DNA of 64,000 bases. It comes from Dehalococcoidia bacterium (GTDB taxonomy: Bacteria; Chloroflexota; Dehalococcoidia; Lucifugimonadales; QGNO01). Below are positions 57,093 to 64,000 of this stretch, piece by piece. Location of the stretch: positions 193,055 to 257,054 of the forward strand of contig DAOUJH010000010.1 in assembly GCA_034422935.1 (NCBI GenBank), read 5' to 3'. The translations under genes and the position numbers were made by a program. Every line of letters starts with the position of its first letter. Position 1 is the stretch's first letter. A model generated the notes under the pieces. It saw only the letters and a list, made by a program, of their open reading frames with translations. It searched no databases and had not been told where the DNA came from.

Positions 57093-58337
57093 ATGACACA
57101 AAACACCGGGCAGGCGGTTTTAGACGCTTTCGATAGGGGAGCGATGGTAGAACTGGCCAAGGACATGGTTGCGATTCCCAGCTTCAAGGAGGAGGAGACG
57201 CAGGTGGCGCAATTCCTGGCGGACTATTTTGCAGGGCGCGGCTATGGTGTGCAACTCCAGGAAGTGGAGCCGGGCCGGTTCCAGACCGTCGCCACGTTGA
57301 AAGGGGCGGGAGGCGGCAAATCGCTCATGTTCAACGGCCACATCGACATCGATCCCATCGCCTACGGGTGGAAGCGCGACCCCTGGCAACCTTCCGTGGA
57401 AGGCGACCGCTTGTACGGGGGAGGGATCAGGAACATGAAGGGCGGTGTTGCCAGCATGATAGAGGCGGCCGAGATGATACGCCGCTCGGGCCAGGAGTTG
57501 AAGGGCGACATTGTGGTCGCCTGTGTGGTCGGCGAGTTGCAAGGAGGCGTGGGCACGGTACATCTCTGCAAGCAGGGCCCTCTGACAGATATGGCGATTG
57601 TCCCGGAACCCCACGGAGCGGACAACATCGTGACGGCTCACGCAGGCGTGATAGTGCTGGCGGTACACACCATTGGCAAGTCGCGTCACACAAGCAGAAA
57701 GCACGACGCGGTAGATGCCTTGCAGAAGATGCTAACTGTGGTGCCTGCGTTGAACGACATGAAGCTGACCCACACACCGAGGTCGGACATGCCGGAGCTG
57801 CCCCTGGTCAACATAGGCGTGATCATGGGCGGCATGGGACGGGACTACGATCTAAAAGGCCCCAACTTCACATCCGACTTTGTGTCGATACTGGTGGACG
57901 TGCGCACGTTGCCCGGAATGACCAAGGAGTCGGTCATAAGCGACATCAGGGGGGTGCTGGAAGGAATCAGGGCTCAAGATCCTGAGTTCGAATACGAAAT
58001 CGAGGAGCCCGCTCCGGCGGTGTTCAAGGCGAACAAGGTCGTATTCCCCCCGTTCGACATGCCTACCGATGAGTACATAGTGGACGCGGTGAAGCGGCAG
58101 TACCTCATCGTTACGGGAAGAGAGCCGGCAGCAGTGGGGACAGTGTTGCCGTACTCTTACACGGGCAATGACACGGCGCATCTCTGGCAGGCCGGCGTGC
58201 CATGCCTGTTGATTGGTCCGGAGGGCTTTATAGAGTCCTCAGAGGCGCCCGATACCTATGTACTGATCAGTGAAATGGAGCAGGTGGCCAAAGTGCTGGC
58301 GCTGACAGCAGCGGAGGTATGCAACCTGGACGGTTGA
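57093..58337 (+). CDS. M20 family metallopeptidase (ArgE/DapE/ACY1/CPG2-like)
   Basis: ...LAKDMVAIPSFKEEE..., NGHIDIDP metal-binding motif, GGIRNMKGG. The ATG at 57093 follows GGAGGGAGG. Confidence 0.8.
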   Translation: MTQNTGQAVLDAFDRGAMVELAKDMVAIPSFKEEETQVAQFLADYFAGRGYGVQLQEVEPGRFQTVATLKGAGGGKSLMFNGHIDIDPIAYGWKRDPWQPSVEGDRLYGGGIRNMKGGVASMIEAAEMIRRSGQELKGDIVVACVVGELQGGVGTVHLCKQGPLTDMAIVPEPHGADNIVTAHAGVIVLAVHTIGKSRHTSRKHDAVDALQKMLTVVPALNDMKLTHTPRSDMPELPLVNIGVIMGGMGRDYDLKGPNFTSDFVSILVDVRTLPGMTKESVISDIRGVLEGIRAQDPEFEYEIEEPAPAVFKANKVVFPPFDMPTDEYIVDAVKRQYLIVTGREPAAVGTVLPYSYTGNDTAHLWQAGVPCLLIGPEGFIESSEAPDTYVLISEMEQVAKVLALTAAEVCNLDG

Positions 58338-58340
58338 CCC

Positions 58341-59234
58341 TCAAAGCTGCAGGTCAAGGCTGATGTCCAGGGCCTTGGATGAGTGGGTAAGCGCTCCCAC
58401 GGAGATCAGGTCTACGCCGGTTTCCGCTATGGCGCGTACGTTGTCCAGGGTTACGCCGCCGGACGCCTCGGTGAGGGCGCGGCCTTTCGCCAGGGTCACC
58501 GCTTGGCGCATCTCCTCCGGCGACATGTTGTCCAGCAGAACGATGTCGGCGCCTGCGTGCAAGGCCTCCTCGGCTTGCTCCACGGTCTCCACCTCCACCT
58601 CTATCTTCAGAGTGTGCGGGGCCGTTTCGCGGGCCTGCTTGACCAGGTCGGCCAGCGAGAGTTCGCCAAGGCGCGCCGAGGCTATATGGTTGTCCTTGAT
58701 CAGTACGCCGTCCGCCAGATTGAGCCGGTGGTTGTGCCCTCCTCCCGCGCGTACCGCGTACTTGTCCAGGTAGCGAAGGCCGGGCGCGGTCTTTCGTGTA
58801 TCGATGATCCGGGCGTTCAGGCCTTCCACGGCCTTCACGTATTTGGCGGTCTCGGTGGCTATGCCGCTCATGCGCTGCAGGAAATTGAGCGCGATACGCT
58901 CCGCGCTCAAGATGCCGCCCACCGGCCCCTGAACGGTGGCGATGGTGTCGCCCGGGTTCAGCGGCGAGCCATCGTGAAGTAGCGGCGACGTTTCCACGGC
59001 GGCGTCCAGCCGAGAAAAGGCGGCGGCGGACACGCTGAGGCCGGCCAGGACGCCTTGCTCCTTGGCAACCAGCGTCGCCCGACCCTTCAGGCCGTGCGGG
59101 ATGAGGCGGGTGGTGTGGTCCTGGGAGGCCAGGTCCTCGTCCAGCGCCCTGTCTATGACGGCCAGTATGTCAGCGGTAATCTGCAGCAACTTACCCAGAT
59201 GTTCCGTGTTTTTCGGGTTTTGTGCAAGTCCCAA
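58341..59234 (-). CDS. nadC: Nicotinate-nucleotide pyrophosphorylase (quinolinate phosphoribosyltransferase)
   Basis: ...ALDEDLASQDHTT..., DTRKTAPGLR, GGGHNHR, IEVEVE motifs. Confidence 0.9.
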   Translation of the reverse strand: MGLAQNPKNTEHLGKLLQITADILAVIDRALDEDLASQDHTTRLIPHGLKGRATLVAKEQGVLAGLSVSAAAFSRLDAAVETSPLLHDGSPLNPGDTIATVQGPVGGILSAERIALNFLQRMSGIATETAKYVKAVEGLNARIIDTRKTAPGLRYLDKYAVRAGGGHNHRLNLADGVLIKDNHIASARLGELSLADLVKQARETAPHTLKIEVEVETVEQAEEALHAGADIVLLDNMSPEEMRQAVTLAKGRALTEASGGVTLDNVRAIAETGVDLISVGALTHSSKALDISLDLQL

Positions 59235-59312
59235 GGGGGGACGGACAGGCGGGCAGGCAGTGCCGTCTTCCTCGCGAAGGCGGGGAACCAGGAGGAGGGT
59301 GGGGCGCCCGGT

Positions 59313-59828
59313 TCAGCAGACCGTCGAAAAGCCGTCTCCTTCGAATATGCCGTTGGCGCGTTGCAACTCGCGGACGTAGCAGATGATCCTATCCACCTCC
59401 TCCGACGAGATTCCGGAGACGGGAGGCATGTTGCCAAAGACCCAGTGGTGTTGCGTCACACCATTGCTGACCGCGTTGCGAAAGCTGGCGTCCGGGTGGT
59501 GGCCGGGATGATAGATTCGGTCGATAAAAGTCGGTCCCTGGCTGGTGCCGGAAGCGCTCATTCCGTGACAGACCGAGCAGTTGGCGTTGAACAGCTCTTC
59601 ACCCACACGCGCCGTGTTGGACAAAGCGACTTCCGGCTCAGAGACCCTCTCGGCGCCGCCCGATTCCCTGGTCTCGTACTGCGGAGTACTCCCTTCTCCA
59701 CATCCAACCATTACAGCTAGGAGAAGCGCCAGGGCGAAGCTGGTTGCGAAAAGCTGAACCGCTGGTTTCTGGACGTTGTTAATGGCCTGAAAATACCTCG
59801 TGGTTTCACCCGGACTTGGGATGCGCAA
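59313..59828 (-). CDS. Membrane/lipid-anchored class I c-type cytochrome
   Basis: Hydrophobic N-terminus with lipobox-like AVMVGC, a single haem motif CSVCH, and a distal Met candidate in GNMPP. The TTG start is uncertain. Confidence 0.7.
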   Translation of the reverse strand: MRIPSPGETTRYFQAINNVQKPAVQLFATSFALALLLAVMVGCGEGSTPQYETRESGGAERVSEPEVALSNTARVGEELFNANCSVCHGMSASGTSQGPTFIDRIYHPGHHPDASFRNAVSNGVTQHHWVFGNMPPVSGISSEEVDRIICYVRELQRANGIFEGDGFSTVC

Positions 59829-59846
59829 TGACGGAAGGGACTACCG

Positions 59847-61046
59847 CTACAGCGACAGCATCCGCTCCAGGGCTACGCGCGCATAGTGGGCGGTCTCGTC
59901 GTCGACCTTGACCTGGTTAACCACGGCGCCCTCAACCAGCCCTTCGGCGACCCAGGCCAGGTAGGCGGGGTGAATGCGGTACATGGTGGCGCAGGGGCAC
60001 ACCACGGGATCGAGGCAGAACACCGTCTTGTCGGGGTTCTCCTGTGCCAGACGGTTCACCAGGTTGATCTCGGTGCCTATGGCGAACACGGAGCCGGCGG
60101 GAGCTTGGCTCACCACCTTTATGATGAACTCCGTCGAACCGTCCATGTCGGCGGCGTCCACGACCTCGCGCACGCACTCCGGATGCACCACGACCTGTAC
60201 GTCGGGGAACTTGGCCCTGGCGTCCTCTATCTGCGCCACCGAGAACCTGGTATGCACGGAGCAGTGCCCCTGCCAGAGGATTATCCGGGCGTCCTGTATC
60301 TGGCTTTCCGTGAGGCCGCCCAGGGGTTTGAACGGGTTCCAAACCACCATCTTGTCCAGCGGCACGTCCAGCTTGAGACCGGTATTGCGGCCCAGGTGCT
60401 GGTCCGGCAGGAAGAGGATCTTTTCGCCGCGCTGGAAGGCCCATTCGAAGGATGCCGAGGCGTTGGACGAGGTGCAGACGATACCGCCGTTCTGGCCGCA
60501 CAGCGCCTTTATCGACGCGGTGGAGTTCATGTAGGTAATGGGCACCAGCCCGCCGGAAAGGACGTCGTTCAGATCGTCCCAGGCGTCCAGGACGTCGTCG
60601 GTGGCCGCCATGTCGGCCATGGAGCATCCCGCGCTCATGTTGGGCAGGATGACCTTCTGGTTCGGGTCGGTCAGGATGTCCGCCGTTTCGGCCATGAAGT
60701 GCACGCCGCAGAAGACCACGTACTCCGCGTCCTTCTGCCGGGCGGCGTTCTGCGATAGCAGGAATGAGTCTCCGCGGAAGTCGGCGAACTGGATGATTTC
60801 GTCGCGCTGGTAGTGGTGGCCCAGTATGACCAGCCGGTCGCCCAGCTTGTCACGGGCCGCGGCGATGCGGGCGTGGAGGTCGTCGGGATTCAGCCCGATG
60901 TACTCCCTGGGCAGCCGCTGCCACTGGACGTGTGCCTTGAACTCCTCGATAAGAGGCTTGGCCGTCAGCGACGAATCGGTGCGACAGAAGGCGGACTGCT
61001 CTATGTCCGTTACGGGAACGGTAGGCTGGCGCTCAACTGAAATCAT
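59847..61046 (-). CDS. nadA: Quinolinate synthase
   Basis: NadA-like sequence throughout (...ILGHHYQRDEI...VFCGVHFMAE...MADMA...CSVH...). 399 aa with an N-terminal extension. Confidence 0.9.
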   Translation of the reverse strand: MISVERQPTVPVTDIEQSAFCRTDSSLTAKPLIEEFKAHVQWQRLPREYIGLNPDDLHARIAAARDKLGDRLVILGHHYQRDEIIQFADFRGDSFLLSQNAARQKDAEYVVFCGVHFMAETADILTDPNQKVILPNMSAGCSMADMAATDDVLDAWDDLNDVLSGGLVPITYMNSTASIKALCGQNGGIVCTSSNASASFEWAFQRGEKILFLPDQHLGRNTGLKLDVPLDKMVVWNPFKPLGGLTESQIQDARIILWQGHCSVHTRFSVAQIEDARAKFPDVQVVVHPECVREVVDAADMDGSTEFIIKVVSQAPAGSVFAIGTEINLVNRLAQENPDKTVFCLDPVVCPCATMYRIHPAYLAWVAEGLVEGAVVNQVKVDDETAHYARVALERMLSL

Positions 61047-61259
61047 ACAACCCCACCACCCGGCGAGTTAGTTATCTAATAAGTGTACTATGTTGCTGGA
61101 AAAGGCTCAACTCTAGTGCAAGCTTACATCCTAACTAGAGGCGGTGCAAAATTCCGCAGGTGACGCCTGTAGACCCTACTGAAACTGCCTAAAGATGGCA
61201 AGAGAGCGACTGGATTGTGGTAATATCCGAGACACCTTTCAGAAGGGGAAGTATTATCC

Positions 61260-61856
61260 ATGTTTAGACTGGTATTGGTTGGGGTCATCTCCCTGGTCCT
61301 TGCGGCGTGTGGAAGCGCCACTCCCACGCCGACACCTACCCCTACGGCCACTCCTGCTCCTACGGCGACGCCCATTCCAACGGCAACACCGACTCCTATG
61401 CCAGAACCCACCCCTACGGCGACGCCCATTCCAACGGCAACGCCGACTCCTATGCCAGAACCCACCCCTACGGAAGCGGCTTCGCAGCCGGATCCGCTTG
61501 TCGCGGCGATTCAGGCTTACGCCTCTGCAGCGTGCTTTGGCGGCCAGGGTCTGCCGGAAGGCGGTACCTGGGGCGAGCTAACCGTCCAGTTGGGGCTTGC
61601 CGTCCCAGCGCTTGGCGCCGTCACTCCGCCGGAGGCGATTAGTGATTATCACCAGGCCCTACTCGCTACACTCAGCGCGATGCTGGAGGTCGCGGAGACC
61701 AAACCCCAAGACCAGGCGGTCAACCTTATGGAGCTCGCTGTTCCCAGTGTCATAATAGCTGCGACCGGCATGGGGCAGGCAAGCGCACAGATCGAGCCTA
61801 GCATCTGGGAGGTCATGAGTGCGGCCGGCTGTGCCGCATCGTTACTGGGCGGATAG
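61260..61856 (+). CDS. Hypothetical lipoprotein with a Pro/Thr-rich repeat linker
   Basis: Lipobox LVLAAC, then [52 protein letters not shown], then an Ala-rich globular part. Confidence 0.7.
   Translation: MFRLVLVGVISLVLAACGSATPTPTPTPTATPAPTATPIPTATPTPMPEPTPTATPIPTATPTPMPEPTPTEAASQPDPLVAAIQAYASAACFGGQGLPEGGTWGELTVQLGLAVPALGAVTPPEAISDYHQALLATLSAMLEVAETKPQDQAVNLMELAVPSVIIAATGMGQASAQIEPSIWEVMSAAGCAASLLGG
61360..61473 (+). repeat. 54-bp tandem repeat (2.1 copies) inside the lipoprotein gene
   Basis: Unit 61360-61413 and unit 61414-61467 differ at one position (A/G at 61388 vs 61442). A partial third copy (CTACGG) follows. Confidence 0.85.
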
Positions 61857-62039
61857 CTCCATAAGTTGGGGCTCCTGCATCCCCGTCGGCACGGTCATCT
61901 TGCGAAGATCGCCTCGATGTAGTTCACCATACTCTCGGGGAGCTGATCGCAATGCGGAGCGGAGTTTCTGCGCCATCATGCTCTTGACCGTCCAATGAGG
62001 TAGCCCTTCAGGGTGTCCCGCTGTTCCCATGTTCACCAT
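61842..62039 (-). CDS. Possible small hypothetical protein (65 aa)
   Basis: The ATG at 62039 overlaps the stop of the upstream ORF (ATGGTGA). The 3' end overlaps the convergent lipoprotein gene by 15 nt. No family recognised. Confidence 0.25.
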   Translation of the reverse strand: MVNMGTAGHPEGLPHWTVKSMMAQKLRSALRSAPREYGELHRGDLRKMTVPTGMQEPQLMELSAQ

Positions 62040-62470
62040 ATGACATCTACCACTAGATAACCAAGTGCCCACCAAGGGGCAAGTTTCACCACTTCCACAG
62101 CAAGACGTTTGCCACGCTGTAGCCACTCATTCCATCGGGGTTTTCCCCAGGTCGCGCAATAGGTACGGTAGAATACCCATGCCGCTACAATGGCTAGCGC
62201 GACCATATTCAGCCAACCGACGGGCGATCCAAAGAACTGCCTGGCCACAACCTCGGCCATAATGAGCGTCATCAAAAATGTTGCTGCCCAACCACCTATC
62301 ACCATTGCTATTCGGGTCCAACCCTGGCTCTGGTAGTTGCGTCTCAGGTATCGCTTGGTGACTAAGTAGCCCTTTCGCAGATTGCGCTTCACTTCATACC
62401 ATGTCAAATCCATGACGCTCACCAAGACCACTACCCACAAAGGCTCGTGGGAATCCACCAGAGCCACCAA
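62033..62470 (-). CDS. Hypothetical membrane protein
   Basis: About 3-4 hydrophobic segments. The start is uncertain: TTG at 62470 or ATG at 62413. A strong SD (GGGAGGA) with an ATG at 62504 is in a different frame. Confidence 0.45.
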   Translation of the reverse strand: MVALVDSHEPLWVVVLVSVMDLTWYEVKRNLRKGYLVTKRYLRRNYQSQGWTRIAMVIGGWAATFLMTLIMAEVVARQFFGSPVGWLNMVALAIVAAWVFYRTYCATWGKPRWNEWLQRGKRLAVEVVKLAPWWALGYLVVDVIW

Positions 62471-62639
62471 GTGGCCGACCGCTGTGATTGTAGGCCATCT
62501 TCATCACGTCCTCCCTTACAGCATCCTGGGGCTGCGAGTGGTGACCGGGCCTATCAGGTCAGCGTACCGAAGCCGCTTCCCCTCGGAGCCGATTGGCGTC
62601 GCTCATACGCACCCCCTTCGTTGCATTTACGTGCTCGCC

Positions 62640-63944
62640 CTACCCAACCACAACGCCCTGCAGCGACCAGGGCGAGGTCTTCTCAATGCGCACGCTGACC
62701 GTCCGGCCTTGAAGCTGTCGTTTGTCCTCAAAGAAGACCAGCTTGTCATTGCGGTTGCGTCCCTTCCACTTGCCCCTTTCGTGGCCCTCCACCAGCACAT
62801 CGGTGGTGGTGTGCAGCAGCCTGCCGTTGATCTCCCCCGCGATGATCTCCTGCGCCTGCTCGATAGCCGATAGCCGGCGCTTCTTCTCATCGTAGGGTAC
62901 GTCGTCGGGCAGCTTGCGGGAGGCGATGGTCCCCGGCCTCTCCGAGTAGGCCGCGGCGTGCACCTTGTCGAACTGTACGTCTTCCAGCATCCTCAGCGAC
63001 TCCTGGAAAGCCGCCTCGCTTTCTCCGGGGAAGCCCACTATCAGGTCCGTGCTCATGGATACGCCGGGCACGGTTTCCCGTATGCGCTCCACCAGCGCTC
63101 GATAATCGACGTTTGTGTAGCCGCGGCGCATGAGCTGCAGGACTTGGTCGTCGCCGGCCTGGAAGGGGAGGTTGAAGTGCTCGCACACCTTCTCCAACGA
63201 CGCCACCGCCTCGATGATGCGGCGGCTCATGTCGTTGGGATGCGATGTGAGGAACCGTATGCGCTCCAGCCCGTCCACCTCGTTGACGGCGGTCAACAGG
63301 TCGGCCAAATCGGGCGAGCCGGGCAGGTCGTGTCCGTAGGAGTCCACGTTTTGCCCCAGAAGGGTCACCTCTTTCACGTTGCGAGCTGCCAGAAGCTCCA
63401 CCTCGCGCACAACGTCGTCAATTGTCCGGCTTACTTCGCGCCCTCGCCGGTAGGGGATGATGCAGAACGTGCAGAACTTGTCGCAGCCGTGGATGATGGG
63501 AACGTACGCCGTGACCGCGACGTTGGGAGGCGTGAGCGTGGTCAGGCAGCCCTCGGCGTCTATGCCCATGCGGTTGCCCAGCAGTTCCAGTAGCGGCCGG
63601 TAGTCCTGTGGGCGCATGAAGGCGTCCACGTGGGGGAACCGGGCCTGAAGCTCGTCCGTCTTGGGCCCCACCATGCAGCCCATCAGGGCGATGATCCGGT
63701 CGCTGTCGCCCTGCTTCAGCGACTTCAGCGAGCCGAGCATGCCGGTCACCTTGTCCTCGGCGGCTTGGCGCACCACGCAGCTGTTGAGGACTATGACGTC
63801 GGCCTCTCTGTGCTTGGACACCGGCGTCAGGCCAAGCTGGATCAAGGCGCTCTCCAACCGGTCGGAGTCCGCCTTGTTCATCTGGCAGCCTATCGTCCAC
63901 ATGTAGTAGCTGCTGGGGTCTGCGGTTTTTTCCACTGTTGTCAT
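62640..63944 (-). CDS. miaB: tRNA-2-methylthio-N6-dimethylallyladenosine synthase (radical SAM methylthiotransferase)
   Basis: The UPF0004 N-terminal domain (...WTIGCQMNKADSD...VLNSCVVR), the radical SAM motif CDKFCTFCIIP, and a C-terminal TRAM domain. Confidence 0.9.
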   Translation of the reverse strand: MTTVEKTADPSSYYMWTIGCQMNKADSDRLESALIQLGLTPVSKHREADVIVLNSCVVRQAAEDKVTGMLGSLKSLKQGDSDRIIALMGCMVGPKTDELQARFPHVDAFMRPQDYRPLLELLGNRMGIDAEGCLTTLTPPNVAVTAYVPIIHGCDKFCTFCIIPYRRGREVSRTIDDVVREVELLAARNVKEVTLLGQNVDSYGHDLPGSPDLADLLTAVNEVDGLERIRFLTSHPNDMSRRIIEAVASLEKVCEHFNLPFQAGDDQVLQLMRRGYTNVDYRALVERIRETVPGVSMSTDLIVGFPGESEAAFQESLRMLEDVQFDKVHAAAYSERPGTIASRKLPDDVPYDEKKRRLSAIEQAQEIIAGEINGRLLHTTTDVLVEGHERGKWKGRNRNDKLVFFEDKRQLQGRTVSVRIEKTSPWSLQGVVVG

Positions 63945-64000
63945 AGAGCTATCGTTCTCAGTACGCTTTCCATGGTATCGAATGGGAAGGGCTGCTTCCT

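Noticed and set aside
61047-61130. NAD+ (nadA-motif) riboswitch in the nadA leader
   Set aside because: I could not identify the tandem bulged-stem domains, and I cannot recall the consensus well enough. The leader looks like a simple promoter plus RBS. It needs an Infernal scan to be sure.
61321-61473. CRISPR-like or minisatellite array
   Set aside because: The repeats are directly adjacent with no spacers, number only about two copies, and lie in frame inside a lipoprotein CDS encoding a PT linker.
62471-62639. Small ORFs between miaB and the membrane protein gene (a 15-codon ORF, and a 37-codon ORF with a strong SD at 62504)
   Set aside because: They are too short and featureless. The strong SD in a different frame from the 145-aa ORF may indicate a frame error there, but I cannot resolve it from sequence alone.

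Overview
This is a 64-kb, high-GC, gene-dense bacterial chromosomal segment, mostly housekeeping. Gene content and the Pro/Thr-rich lipoprotein linkers suggest a Chloroflexota-like organism, but that is only inference. I found no rRNA, tRNA, CRISPR array, transposase, integrase or phage genes. Recognisable blocks, in order: a 5'-truncated double hot-dog dehydratase gene; an EamA transporter; a minus-strand operon of methyltransferase, DM13 protein, OadG-like, OadB-like and biotin carrier; pxpABC, ggt and an S9 peptidase; long-form gyrB; pyrE; two more double hot-dog genes; nadD-obg-dnaA diverging from fmt; L25; an Rrf2 regulator, a MoeB/ThiF-like E1 and a cysteine synthase; gltBD; a NYN-LOTUS protein; nadE; recA-recX; yebC-ruvC-ruvA; uvrB; sucAB; dtd; a solo antitoxin; a molybdo-hydroxylase large subunit with a CysO/MoaD-like carrier; and nadA, a cytochrome c, nadC and miaB. 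The least ordinary parts are listed here. (1) A visibly AT-richer islet at 53.8-57.0 kb holds GH99-like lipoproteins (one decayed), a small lipoprotein and a collagen-like ORF interrupted by one in-frame TGA, and it is bracketed by an identical 19-nt motif. (2) Three paralogous double hot-dog genes are present, two of them forming a >1-kb inverted repeat around a 14.7-kb segment that contains gyrB. (3) A Na+-decarboxylase membrane module has no carboxyltransferase gene and is fused into an operon with a DM13 protein. (4) A membrane-anchor/PT-rich/Cys-rich ORF is split at a G5 homopolymer. (5) A sulfur-carrier protein has its GG terminus capped by four extra residues. There are also several apparent pseudogenes or frame problems (DUF4440, GH99-like copy 2, the ruvC start, a toxin relic). 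No single finding clearly amounts to a new multi-gene system; all functional calls rest on by-eye motif recognition and need HMM or BLAST confirmation.
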